Below are positions 49,901 through 62,878 of a stretch of DNA of 64,000 nucleotides, piece by piece. A program made the translations under genes and the position numbers. Source of the DNA: Cirrosporium novae-zelandiae (taxonomy: Eukaryota); NCBI GenBank assembly GCA_026023565.1, contig JAPETS010000005.1:682001-746000 (forward strand). The letters are read 5' to 3'. Numbering within the stretch: position 1 is the stretch's first letter; every line of letters begins with the position of its first letter. The notes below the pieces were generated by a model that saw only the letters and a list, made by a program, of their open reading frames with translations, searched no databases and was not told the DNA's origin.

Positions 49901-51128
49901 GAGGCGCAAATCTTTCTTTCTCGCAGCCTCATGCAGTAACGTACCCCCAGTAGAGGTGGTGGATGGGTCTGTAGCTAGCTCGGGTCCATTTATGTCCAAT
50001 ATGCCCGTCACCCGTGGCTCAGTTACTAATTTCTCTAGGGCATCATAATCGCATTGCGCAACAAGATCTTGTATATCGCGAATCTTTTGATCAATAAAGA
50101 GAGAACGGGTAAGCTGTAACTGCTGAAAGATCTCAGGTGTCCGTGCTAGATCAAGCGGTGTGCGCCCTTGATAGTTTGCGGCAGCATCATTGATATTTGG
50201 TTGATCCAACAGCAGACGGACGACAGGCGCCCTGCCCAGCATCGATGCGATATGTAGAGGAGTATTGCCATCTTTGTCACGTGCGTTGATATCAATATTA
50301 TTTGGTGAACCACTAGTGAATGACAGGACGTATTCAATTACCTGCGGCTCAGCACACTGAACAGCAAGATGTAGAATAGTAGTGCCCCCAATTGTCGAAG
50401 ACGTGCTATCAGAGCTAGATGGGGGGCCAGATGCAGGAGATGTTGACCCTCTTCGTTCAGAACCATTCGATGAGGATGACGTCTCGCGAATAATCTTTGA
50501 TATTGCAGATGTGTCTCCCCCTCTGAGGGCTTCAAAAACTCTGAACTTCTTCACGGAATGCTCAATGGATACGTTGTTGTTACTCAAGACCGAGCCAGCC
50601 ATGTCAGCAGCTATACTGTCGGCAGCTTTACTCGCCTTTCGAGTGTGAGGGGCTGTACCGTTCGTCGACATGTTGGCGGCAGAGACATCTGGAAAGGTCT
50701 CAAACTTGGTCCTCGAATTGCGGAATCGACGAGTCGATGATTGTGGAGATGGAATTGCTGGAGAAGTGGGAGCCGCTGATTCTGCAGGACTGACGGGTTC
50801 TGACAACGCAGCTTCTTCGTGTGGTTCTTCGCCCTTGGATTTGTCACGGTGCAGGAGACTTAGGGCAAGGGAGCTCTTGGATCTCGTGTGACTGGAGCGC
50901 GAAGACATTTGAGTTAGCAGTGGGTTGCCATATATCAGGGTTATGAGAGGAAGAAAAAATGGGGGGGATGTTGTGAAAGCCAGCCAAGGCTCACAAGAGC
51001 TGCCAGGATGTAATTGAATTGCGGTGGATAGAAATGGGCACAGTTGAAGGTGAAGTTTATACGTAATTGGACGGAATGATTAGAATTAGGATTGGCGTCA
51101 CATACTTATCTCTAGGTTTATCCGCCAT
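46937..51128 (-). CDS. OSH1: Osh1/Osh2-type oxysterol-binding protein (ankyrin-PH-FFAT-ORD); exons ~51128-51106, 50891-49567, 49519-48135, 48085-46937
   Basis: Ankyrin 'GNTPLHIA', PH '[22 protein letters not shown]', FFAT 'EFFDAVD', and ORD motifs '[12 protein letters not shown]' and 'EQVSHHPP'. Confidence 0.92.
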
Positions 51129-52486
51129 TGCCAGGTCAACAGAGCGATGGCAGAAACACGGGTGAGGAGACGGCGCAGAAAATATCAGATAGTTGTGTGG
51201 TTGTAAATTAGTATGGTTGGTTGATAGGAACAGAAATCAGGTGGTTGCTGTAAAAGTATGCGCAAGTATGGTGCGAGAATGGAAGAGGTGGTCCAGTATG
51301 GTCCAGTCTGGTCCAGTGTGTGAATGGGGATATCGATGTTTGATGACTGGTTTAGGGAGGATTAAGAATACTCTATTGAGCTAAGGAATGAAAAAAAAAA
51401 AAAAAAAAAAGTAGGCACGGGTAGGAAAGGATTTCAAATTGGGGCTAAAAAATGAATAGAATGAATAGATACTGGACCATTTACAGTAATTTTAGTTGCT
51501 GGGGGGGGGGGGTCAACGCAACTGGACTGATACGACGACTGGGCTCATCAGTTACGGTGAAGAAAGTACGAATATGGGGGTTGGGTGGTGTGGGTGGCTA
51601 ACCAAATGCCAAAAGGGACCCCGAGTCCCCGATCAAAGCCAAGACCAAGGACCATCTAGGCTCGGTAGGTACCTAGCCCTCCTAGTCCGTCAAGCCTGTG
51701 ATAGTCTTTGACTCTTTGACCTTTTTGTAACCTTGCACCAAACTTTCTTCTTGAATTTCTCTTCTTTAATTCCTTTTCTTATTTTCTTTCTTGCCTCACT
51801 TAATTATTATCCAATGATCCAATGATCCAATAACCCCCGAATCGATTCCATGCATCTATCAATATGATAGAGATTATTTCAATCTCTAAGTCTCTACTTT
51901 TCTCGCTGACCATCTATCTACCTACCATGCTACCAAGAGAAAAATTACATGGAACAATACTAAATTATTATTATTGTTATTATTAAAGTACAGTCCTTGT
52001 AGTTATAGTTAATAAATTAACCCCGCATCTTCATCTCCAATGAATAATCTCTAAGATAAAGTGCCGCTGACGTTAATTTTGATGCCACCTGTGTGTGATC
52101 GACAGTAACTTACATTGTACAGCCCCGAATCCAGTTTGAAAAATCACAATGCATGAATATCATATCAACGAATCCTCTAGATATATCTACGACCTTGTCA
52201 TCCGGACGATAATGTAAGCTCCTTGTTCCGCACAAGTACCATTAGCAAAATTCGCATCATCGTCGTCATCTTCATCTTCATCATCAATAAATTCATGCAG
52301 CTGCACGTGAACTGTTAGATCAGGAAATAGTTTTCTCAACGCCATAAGCAGGGCCAATTAGCTGCAGCTAATATGGTATCGCAGAAAGAAAAGGGGTGAC
52401 AAATAGGATTAGTACGGGATGATAAGAAGTCGACAAATCTCGTACATGGTCACAACTTATTCTATTTATATATATAGTGATGCGGT

Positions 52487-53593
52487 TTAACTACCCTGTC
52501 CGCTCACCAGTAGCACAACACTGCCCAGTTGCCGCCTTAGATCTTCTTTGTCAACATCATGGGTATCTTCCACCTCTCCCCACATACCTGTCTGCCACCG
52601 CACTTCCAAACTGGATGCTTCTGCAGCTTCCTCGACTCCAAATATTTCTGTGTTCTTGGATAGATGTTGGAATTCTTCACTCCATTCAACTAGTAGCCTT
52701 ACTGCAACAAGAAAGCTTTTCCCCGCCAAAACTCCCCTTTCTAATGCTGCCAGCTCATATGCCGGTAATCCGGATACCCAACCCCTAATCACATCTTTTG
52801 TAGGTTGGGATTGAGGTGTGGGCATAATGTTATTGGAATCCAGCACTGGTTTGATCTCAACCCCAGGCCAGATATGGGTTGTAAGGTAGCCGATAATCGG
52901 TTGAGCAATACGAATCTGCATCTGCCTTAGACTCTCTTTCTCTTCTCCTTGCTCTTCTAGATGAGCCTGATCGCTAGCACTTCGTTCAGGGGCCCAGCAT
53001 AATAATGTATCCGTATCCAGGTACCGCATCACCATCTTCACAATCTCATCACGGGTTTTAGTAGCTCCCTTAGTATCTTGCAATCGGATATCATCTGCCC
53101 GGCAAGTTAAAGATGTCAACGGAATTAGATGTTGCTTCAATGCTTGCTGCGCCGAGACCAAGAGGTCCCATTCAAGGGCGATAGCTGAGGCAAGCTGTGG
53201 CTTCGTCGGAGGAATTGTGAGTATTTCTTTTGAGGGAGTTCGAACGGGGCGAGAATCAAGGAAGACCTGTATGCCTTCTCCAGGAATTTCCTTGGTGTAG
53301 ACTTCCTTCCAAAAACGCTTCCTCAATGGACTTGATTTTGTTTTTGAATTTGCTCGAATAGCTTGACTTTGCTGTAAAAGGGCAGCTTGCTTCCTTCGTC
53401 GCTCAAGACGTTCCTCATGTTGTGAAGGCGCCGGGGTAGGAGGACATGGAGGAGGTCCATGGGCAGTAATGGGAAAAGGTGTAGCAGGGGATGGTGGACT
53501 TGTACGTAGAGTCCGACATAGTGAGGGGATAGTCGGATTGCGAACTACACGGTGGGCAAAGTTCATAAAGGTAGGAGGGGAGATTAATTTCAT
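52487..53593 (-). CDS. ATP12: Mitochondrial F1-ATPase assembly chaperone Atp12
   Basis: Presequence-like N-terminus; motifs 'RKRFWKEV', 'VFLDSRPVRTP', 'AIALEWD', 'YLDTDTLLCWAP' and 'WQTGMWGEVEDTHDVD'. Confidence 0.95.
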   Translation of the reverse strand: MKLISPPTFMNFAHRVVRNPTIPSLCRTLRTSPPSPATPFPITAHGPPPCPPTPAPSQHEERLERRRKQAALLQQSQAIRANSKTKSSPLRKRFWKEVYTKEIPGEGIQVFLDSRPVRTPSKEILTIPPTKPQLASAIALEWDLLVSAQQALKQHLIPLTSLTCRADDIRLQDTKGATKTRDEIVKMVMRYLDTDTLLCWAPERSASDQAHLEEQGEEKESLRQMQIRIAQPIIGYLTTHIWPGVEIKPVLDSNNIMPTPQSQPTKDVIRGWVSGLPAYELAALERGVLAGKSFLVAVRLLVEWSEEFQHLSKNTEIFGVEEAAEASSLEVRWQTGMWGEVEDTHDVDKEDLRRQLGSVVLLVSGQGS

Positions 53594-54482
53594 GATGTTG
53601 ACAAGCGGCTATATAAAAAATGGTGGTTCGGTCATTGGAAACTGAGATAGGATAGTCTATCAGTTTGCTATGTTGGATTGGTTCGAATGCAGTACAAGAA
53701 TTGATTACCTGAGTATCGTGAGTATGTACTGCATTGGGTGGACAGGTACGGCATAACGGCACAACGGCACGAGGAACAAGGAACGGGAATGAGATTGAGC
53801 TGCATATCGCTTAATACTCTCTCTGAGACTTTTGAGCCTTAAATCTGAGCTCAGACTTGGCTATTTGCTTTCCCCGCTGTGTCCTTGTCTTCCAACGTCT
53901 TTTCTTTTCTTCTGTTTCCTGCAAGAAGTGATGGGTAGTTACCTACCTAGTTACCTAGTTAATTAAGGGACAATGGGCATTGACCATTAAATATCTCTAA
54001 TTACCCAGGTACGGTATTAATAATCCGTCAGTAATGATGGGTAACAGCGACGATAGATATAGGCATTGAATGGGTATGCTATAGAAATATATATATATCA
54101 AACATAGGAAGTTTTATAGGTACATGTACATTCTATATAAATGGTTTCCTTGCTGATACCAAAGCAAGGGACGGTTTGTTGTGGCTGGGCCAAGAGAAAT
54201 GGCCAAGAAAAGTAACCTTAGATCTACTCGTATTGCTCTGCTTTGGTTAGTACTTTTGGATCAGAACCTCCATGCTGTTTCGTCTCAGCTGGAACAACGA
54301 ATCCACCTTTTACTTATCTCTCTAACCAGCAAACGTCAATGGCCTTTTGAGCGATTGACAGGCTTTGGGATCCCTTACTTTCTTTCTTTTGCATTTTATG
54401 TCTGCTTGCTTCATTCTTTTGCATATCCATCTTTGGTCCCCACAATCGCCTACAACTCCTTTGGGCATGCCACTCGAAAAGT

Positions 54483-56200
54483 ATGCCTTCCTTTCGCATA
54501 AGACGCAACAATGCTATTGCAGCTATCCTTATTTTTCTCGTGATTCTCGCATTTCTCAACTATGAACCTTCAAACTCCATTCCCGCTAGACAGGGGCATT
54601 TTCGAATCAGCGATGTTCGCAGCGGGATCCAGTATAATTTTCCATCACAACGATCGTCAAACCGAGTATCTAAGACCATTGAACGGCGACTAGCCGTGAA
54701 AAGGGAATTTGTGCGTGCATGGGAGGGATACAAGAGCCACGCCTGGATGAAAGATGAATTGCAGCCAGTGACTGGAAATCATACCAAAAAGTTTTGTGGA
54801 TGGGCGGCTACCTTGGTGGACTCTTTGGACACACTTTGGATTATGGATCTTTACGAAGATTTTAACAATGCAGTGATTGCGGTCAATTCGCTCAACTTCT
54901 CGGATACTAAATCGTGCAATGTCAACTTATTTGAGACCACAATCAGGCATTTAGGAGGAATATTGGCAGCATATGACTTAAGTGGAGGACATGATGATCG
55001 GCTGCTGAACAAAGCTCGCGAAGTAGGGGAAATGCTATACGGTGCTTTTGAGACTCCAAACCAAATGCCCGCCCCTTTCTTTGTATGGCCAAAGTAAGCC
55101 CTTGGATTAGAACCACTGTGTATGATCTCTTGCTGATGTCGACTAGAAAGCCATCTACCCCGTATTCGGCTAGTCGTTCAACTGTTATAGCTATGATAGG
55201 CTCACTGAATCTTGAATTCACTCGACTTTCCCAAGTCACAGGGGATCCGAAATACTTTTTGGCAACTGAACGGGTCATGGACGAATTTTTGGAATGGCAA
55301 ACTATGACGAGCCTCCCTGGCATATGGCCGATAATGGTGGATTCTACGGGCGAGGATGGCTTCGACCATTTCCCAAATAACCTATATACCCTTGGCGCTC
55401 TCTCCGATTCTCTATACGAATATCTGCCAAAACAATACCTCTTGCTCGGGACGAAGTCTGGTAAATATCACAGCCTTTGGGAACAAGCTGTCGATGTAAT
55501 CGACAAGAACCTTCTCTTCCGACCCATGACTCCTGACGAACAAGACATCCTCTTCTCGGGTGACTACGATATTTCAAGCATAACCAAACCTTATCTAAGG
55601 ACCCAACCCCAGCACCTAGCCTGCTTCCAAGGTGGTATGTTTGCCCTCAGCGCAAAGCTCTTTGATCGCAGCCAGGACCTGGAAACTGCGGCCAAACTCA
55701 CCAACGGGTGTATCTGGGCGTACCAACAGACGCCGACAGGTATTATGCCAGAGATCATGGAAGTAGTTGCCTGTTCAAACCGCAAGGCGTGTCCCTGGAT
55801 TGAAAGCCTCTGGACATCGAAACTTAAAGAAGAGAATCTCCCCAAAGGTATCACCAAGGTAACAGACCGGCGCTATATCCTCCGGCCCGAGGCCATCGAG
55901 TCGATCTTCATCATGTACCGCCTAACAGGCAAGCAAGAGTGGCGAGAAAAAGGCTGGAAGATGTTCCAAGCCATTGTCAACCACACGCGCACGGACATAG
56001 CCAACTCGGCCATTGACGACGTAATGAACCCAAACCCCAAACACATGAACGAGATGGAGAGTTTCTGGCTGGCTGAAACTCTCAAGTACTTTTATTTGCT
56101 ATTTAGCGATCCGGATTTGATTAATCTGGATGAGTTTGTGTTAAATACGGAGGCGCATCCTTTCAGGCTAACAAAGAACCCGGTCGAGTTCTTATCGTAG
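54483..56200 (+). CDS. GH47 class I alpha-1,2-mannosidase (type II membrane anchor); intron 55094-55146
   Basis: N-terminal TM helix; motifs 'AWMKDELQPV', 'WAATLVDSLDTLWIM', 'FETTIRHLGG', 'DSLYEYLPK', 'HLACFQGGM', 'LRPEAIES', 'MESFWLAETLKY' and 'NTEAHP'. Confidence 0.95.
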
Positions 56201-58236
56201 GAGAACTTTGGATCGGATTCGGATCTTAGGTATAAACAAACAACAACCCTTTTGGCATCAATTGTAAGGAATTGGGATTATGTTCCAAGGTTTTTGGTGT
56301 TACGAAAAAAAGACTTGTTTATTTTGGTATTGAAGTCAACAGCAGAGAAAGGGCGTTGATGATGATTCATTTTATTGTCCGCATGTCGCTTTCGGGCTTA
56401 TGGCGGACATTAAAAGGGCGTTTAAGACTTTGTGGATTTGGATTAATTAAACCAGCCTTGCTGTGGTAGTGTTATTATTTAGTATAGTTAGTAAGTATAT
56501 TCGGATACCGGTCTCTCGGAGAGACTTGAATAAATATACAGAAAGAAGAAGATGAATATACATATTTCTTCGTCATTGGTTTCGTGCGCTGTAAGGGGGG
56601 GGGGTCAAACCCAATTCCCTTGAGCATTGCATGGATTAATCTAACTATCGATAATTATCGATAATTATCGATAATTACAACATTCACAATCCACATGCAT
56701 ATTCGCCATCACCCATGAATATTTACTTAGTCTAGTAAAACCCAAACCCAATTACCTAACCCACATGCAAAAAAAAAACTCCAAATAAAACAAACCCAAT
56801 CAATCAATCATTTCCCAATTCCCACAATCAATTAATCTATCTATCTATCAATCTATCTATCTATCTATCTTATCCCTCCTATCTGTTCAGGTACCCATCC
56901 AATCAACCCCCTCCTCCGAAAAAAAAAAGTTTCATGCGCAATATACCTCATAATCACAATCACATGCCAAAATAAAAGATATAAAAATGTTTAAATATTG
57001 GAATTTGAGTTTCGGAGGCTAGCTGGCTAGGTATTTTTGAAGTTAAGTGGGCAAACGGGGGGGGCTAGTTTTATTACCTGCCTAGGTATCTACTATCTAG
57101 ATTAGTGGTGGTTTAATTGATGATTAATGGCTTTGAGGATCAGGATGATCGTGTTGCTTATTTATTTGTTACTTTGCTAAGGTGTGCACGGTTGTTCCTT
57201 GTTTATGTTGGATGGTGTGTCGTTGCTTGGTTATATTGGTGGGGTGGGAGGATTGTAGGTTATCAGTTACAGGTTATATATATACATATCTATATATAAA
57301 ATTCAACCCTTGGTTTTTTCCCCCCGTCAGGGATATCAGTCGTTTCAGTAATTTAACTACCTACTCCCTACCTAGGTAAGTACCTAGGTAAATAGTTCGT
57401 ATAACAAAAGCAACGAAAGAAAGTACAAAGAAAGTACTGCACTGTACAATCAACATCAATAGCAAGTAAATATCTATATCTATATCTATATCCATACACT
57501 CACTACACAAAACATTAATCAACATCAACACACAAAAAAAGAAAAAAAGCCCTGGGGAATTCATTCATTACCCAGCCCCTCCCCTCATAGAGACTTATAG
57601 AAATCCCATAGCACTCATCCCTCATCCCTCCCTCTTGCTAAATACCACCACCACTATAAGAAAAAAACACACCTCCTTAATCTCCCAAACTTCTCCAAAC
57701 TCCTCACTACTATTGTAAGCAAGGCATTTGGAGATGATTCGAAATAATGCGAGGGGGGGGGGGTTATCTGAGGTTTTATTTATTTATTCTGGTGGTAGTG
57801 GGAAGTTGGGAAGTGAGGTGACTTGTACATGTATATGTATATGGATGGGGATAGAAAGAAAGAAAGAAGAAAGTGGGAGCGTGCTTGTTATAGCGATAAG
57901 CTAGAAGCTTACCTCTACGCCAAAAGGACGTGATTACCCGCTTGTTACTAAGTGAGTAATCTATCTAGTCATATAACGTACCGTAACATTGCTTGTATCT
58001 ACATCTAATTACATCTACCTCTGGGGTCTTTACTTAGAAGGAGAGGAGAGGTTAGAGCGTTACCACTACCATACCATCATAAATAACTAAATACAGATAA
58101 AATACATTATCGTATCCTACAAACAAACAAACACAACTTATTCTCCCCTCCCCTCTCCTCTCCCCCCTCCTCCAACCTTGATCAAAAGAGGCTAAAAACC
58201 TAGATATGTGAAGGATTATGTTTTAGGTTGGTTTAC

Positions 58237-58316
58237 TATGTATGTATGTATGTATGTATGTATGTATGTATGTATGTATGTATGTATGTATGTATGTATG
58301 TATGTATGTATGTATG
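58237..58316. repeat. (TATG)20 microsatellite
   Basis: Perfect 80-nt tetranucleotide repeat read directly. Confidence 0.95.
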
Positions 58317-59046
58317 GTCTTTTTTGTTATTTTATTTTATTTTTTATTGGTTTGAGCTTGACTTGGCTTGGGGGTTGGGAGTTTGTTGGTTTCTGATGGG
58401 GTTTTTTTTGCTTGTGGATTTGTGGATTGTGGATGGGTGCAATGGTATGATAGAATAGAATAGAATAGTGCGAGAGGGGGAGAAGAAGGTTGGGTGTTGG
58501 TGGTGGCTGTGAGGAGAGGAGAGATGCCGGGAGTGTTGTTGTTGTCGAGGGTAAGCTTTTTTTTCTTTTCTTTTCTTTTTTTCTTGCATGTTGTCTATTC
58601 ACTAGCGAAGGAGGAGGAGGGTGTTGATTATTGCTGTTGATATAGTAAGAATGTGGTAGAGAAAATGGGAAATTTTGAGAATTTTACTTGGATCCGAACA
58701 TATTGAGACAGTATTTAGTATTTGTACTATATTTGTATTGTATTTGTTGGTATGCTGAGCCAACCCTATTATGTCTAAGAAAACGAGGAACCCTTTGGTT
58801 CTGTCAAAGTTCTTGTACATCAATCATCGTTAACATCTTCATATGTCTGATATAATAAGCTCGCACATAGAACTGTGCTTTGCCCTCAGCCTTCCCTTTA
58901 AAAACTTTTCTCTCGGCCCAGCATCATTGACCATAGGACCACATACAGTCATATATGTCGTTGTTCATAGGCATTAAAAGCTAACGTCAACCGTAACATC
59001 CACTTCATGAGCATGCCTAGATAAGCATTATGTTAATTACCATCTT

Positions 59047-60361
59047 TTATTGATGATGATGGTGACCCGCAGGCACAATCTCATCAAAGTCTTGTTTGAA
59101 CCAAGGATGTTCAAGGACCTTTTTGACCGATATACGCTTGTCCGGGTCCATCTCAAGCATCTGGAGTAGCAAATCTGAAAAGACTTCTATCTCTTCTGGC
59201 GATATTATGATGACCTCCTCCTCAGGTTTTTGCCGTGCAGCACCTTGGCGAGGGAATCGTTGAGCAGGTTCGCGCATCAAATCCTTGAGCGTAAAGGCTT
59301 TCGAGATGATGGGCTTTCCGTCTTCCTCTGTGGGCTTGGGGACACCATTCTCGTCGTAAGCACTACTTCGTCCACCCCAGAGACTCCACAATCGATCCGG
59401 CAGCTTTCCGAGCAGCCCGACAATCTGCTCCAAGACTTGATTCTCATCTCCGAAAAATCCTTCAAATAATGATCGGCTCGTTCGTATAGAGAAAAGAGTG
59501 CAGCCTAGAGCCCACACATCAGAGGCCTTGCTTGCTTTATCCTCGAGCAGAAGTTCAGGAGAACAGTATTCCATCACTGTTCCAACTCCACCAGGAGCAT
59601 CATCAAGGTCGAATGCTTCCCCAAAGTCTATAACCATTATCTGATCTGACAAATGGCTGAAATCCATTGCAGTCATATCTATAGTCGCTACCGCATATGT
59701 CGGCCTGCCTGGCCCTCCATACAACTCTGCATTGGTGATTGGGTATGTCTTCGGTTTACCAAAACGGGTATAGATATCGTCCTCAGACCAACTATCAATA
59801 TCTGCAAGTTGGAGCAAGACATTTGGGGAATCCATATCTGAGCAACCATTCATAAGCATCATATCCAAATGGTGGGGAGCAGTATCAATACATACCACCA
59901 TGACCGACCCCATTTTCATGAAGAAAGTCCAATACCTGGCACGTCTGATATGCAATTTTTCGTGTGAATGCCCCAGTCAAGGTATTACAAATCCAGGCGT
60001 CTGTTACACGAGGACCAACAAAAGGCATCACGAGACAGAAATGAGTGCCATTATAAGTCTTAAACCAGAAATGGTCCAATGCCCAGGCAATGTGTTTGTA
60101 TCCAGGATGCTCGGTCTTGATCCCCTTTAGCTTCTCAAGCATCCCTAACTCGAGACAGTCTTCTGATGACTCTTCACCCTTCATGATCTTGATGGCAACA
60201 TAGCGTTCGGCCTTGGTATCTCTAGCCAGCCAAACAGTTGCACATCCACCATATCCCAACTTGTGAACTATACGGTAACGCTTATCATCTCCGAGAATAT
60301 CTCCTATATAAACGACGGCGAGCCCACCAACCCTATAATCTCCCCAATCTTCATAAGGCAT
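59047..60361 (-). CDS. SRPK-like (CMGC) Ser/Thr protein kinase; intron 59895-59838
   Basis: Motifs 'RYRIVHKLGYGGCATVWLARD', 'VAIKI', spliced catalytic loop 'HG|DMDSPNVL', an SRPK-type insert, 'IDFGEA', 'YCSPE', 'SDVWALGC' and 'DPDKRISVKKVLEHPWF'. The start codon is uncertain. Confidence 0.88.
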
Positions 60362-62878
60362 GATAAAACTCCACGTCTAATATAGATTTTTAGTTATAGT
60401 CTGGTATAAGATGTTTATTTTTGTGTTCCCCCTGGTTGAATTGTCCCAGCTCAGTGATGCCTTAGGATATGATGCCGAGTGGCTGCTCTTGAGACTTCGG
60501 AGTTTACTTTCATGGGTTGGAAAGAAACATGGTCAAGTTCGTTTGGAGAGTGGGGGTAGTACTAAAAAAGATAAAGATGGACCGGGAAGGATCGAAGTGG
60601 ATAAGACAAGCCTGAAACTTTCGGGCGGTTTTCGGGTCTGACAGGTGTTAGGTCAAGGAAATGGACGTAAGATATGTTGGCAGGTTCGCAGGGTTGAGGT
60701 CCAAGCAATTGTCAGTGGAACTGGATCGTGATATGAAAAGCGATTGAAGATAGTAGAAGAAATACATTTTTTAGAAGTCGAGAGATGTCAATGAGGGACC
60801 ATTTACCCGAAAGCTCACCGCCCTGGAACACATGGCGTAAATTAGTGGGGTGGCCGAAGTTGACAGTCGAACTATATGAACTAGGAACAAACAAACCAAA
60901 CAGATCAAACAGGGGAAAAAAACCAAATTCTGCACGAGAAAGTGCCCACTTTTTCTCTTTGGGTAATTTTACGTGGCTTGAACAAGGTTGTATGGATGAA
61001 TGGATGTTTGAGAAAACCTTATAACCATGACTTTGAGCAAAATTGCCTTTATAAATATATCCCAAGTCTCATGGAGAAATTCTTTGGTGAGGATAGATTT
61101 CGAAATCAATGAACCCGTCGACCAACCATATATGGAAAAGCCCCCGATATCATAGTTTTTTGATTGTTGGCGATCCCTTAGGCTGACGGGTTGGGCCTTA
61201 TGTCACAAGGTGGACTAAAGTCAAGGAAGACCTAATACCCAAATAGGATAGATATCACACAGTACAGTACTGTAACAATGCAAGATGAGAAACCCCTCTG
61301 GCAGTCACATAGATTCAATGACACACTGACACACGGGTAGATCCTTATTTTCCGCTGCATCTAAGTACGCAAGACTACGGAATTCTTCCGAATCGAATAT
61401 CATTCTTTCCATCGTCAGCTCTGTCGCTCATTATACCTTAAAACCCCCTAGTTTTTTTCATATGCAAAAGCTAATGATTCTGATGAAAATGGATTTGAAT
61501 CAGAACCCCACATTAGATTGAATGTCTTAGGTGGTCAGGTATGTGAGGGGTAATAACGATACTACTTTCAATGGCCTATTTTCTACTTGTACAACGTTGC
61601 ACTGGACTAAAATATTGGTGTCGGGAGGTCTAGGGCGAGCCGAAACGGCAAAGAGTGCTGAACCTCCGTCTTCTCCTTTCTCATTGAGCCCATCTGCCAT
61701 GAGTCACCTGTACAAACAACGAAATAATCATCCAATGGTTGTTAGCACATGCTCCGCTTTTGGTGTGCCCAATACTACTTTCCAACAGTCTATGCGTGTT
61801 GACTGGAGCAGGCTGGTTATCATTGTCGAATGAGATGTCTCAGAACCTACTATTACAAGAGATCTGTCATCTTTTATGTCACCAAAAATCATCCAATCCA
61901 GTGCCAAGACTTCAGGTTCAATCGCCCACTACACATACTTAGAGATAATCGAAATAAAAGCTCCCATATAGTCATATCAGCTAAATCTGATATTGTCAAT
62001 AATTTTTGTCCATCGTAGATGTTTGTGATCAGTTATATAATGATGTTGGTTGAATGTGCTTATACATTACACGGATTCCTATAGCTACGAAGATTTAATG
62101 GAAAATTATTGCCAAGTAATAGCTATACTCTACGTACCTAGGTAGATAATAATGTATTGGAGAAATAATTATATAGGTTTGGCTAATGAATGATAATGAT
62201 AAAGTGTTAACCAAAGAGAGCGCCCGACTTCTTCCGAATTGACCTCGGTGAAGAGAGTGAAGCGGGTAGGGTTTTGAGAGAATATCTTAAATAGACTGTA
62301 CTTCCCCAAGTTTTGACTCCCAACTCACTCACCTTTCTGACTTATCTCGAATAACCAGTTGAGGATCTCGCATGTTTTTTCTTCTTTTTTTTCGAGATTT
62401 TATCCTCCCTATTAATGAGTTTTTATCACAACCATGATTCGAAACAGAACCAAAGCAATTCGCCCCTTTAGTGGGGGAAGTAATGAGAGCCAAGAAAATG
62501 CCAAGACTTGTTTTTGCTGTACAGAGCTACGCCTGACTCAGCCATCCCTGTGGCAATGGCACTGCCGAAATTCAAGGCAGCCTTTCGGGCCTTTGGGCCT
62601 TTGGGCACTGACATCCAAGTTCTGAGTTACTGTCTGAACACCTAATCGCCTTCATCCTTCATCATCCTTCATCGACCGTGCCGCACAATGAATGGCAAAT
62701 AACCAAAGATTTTCACAGCTCTCTTCTAAATCTATTATAAAATAGATTCTCTTTATTTTTACATTTCCATTCATTCAGCAAACAGCTACTTAATCTACTG
62801 TCAGTAGCGGTGAAATCTCAGCACACATAGAAATCATTTCCCTTTACCCGACCAGAGATCAGGAATCTCCATTTTGCC

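Noticed and set aside
58208..58602. ORFs with MYVC repeats and nearby low-complexity ORFs
   Set aside because: They are translations of the (TATG)n microsatellite and homopolymer tracts.
60712..61065. Short ORFs upstream of the kinase
   Set aside because: No recognisable motifs or splice structure; cannot be distinguished from chance.
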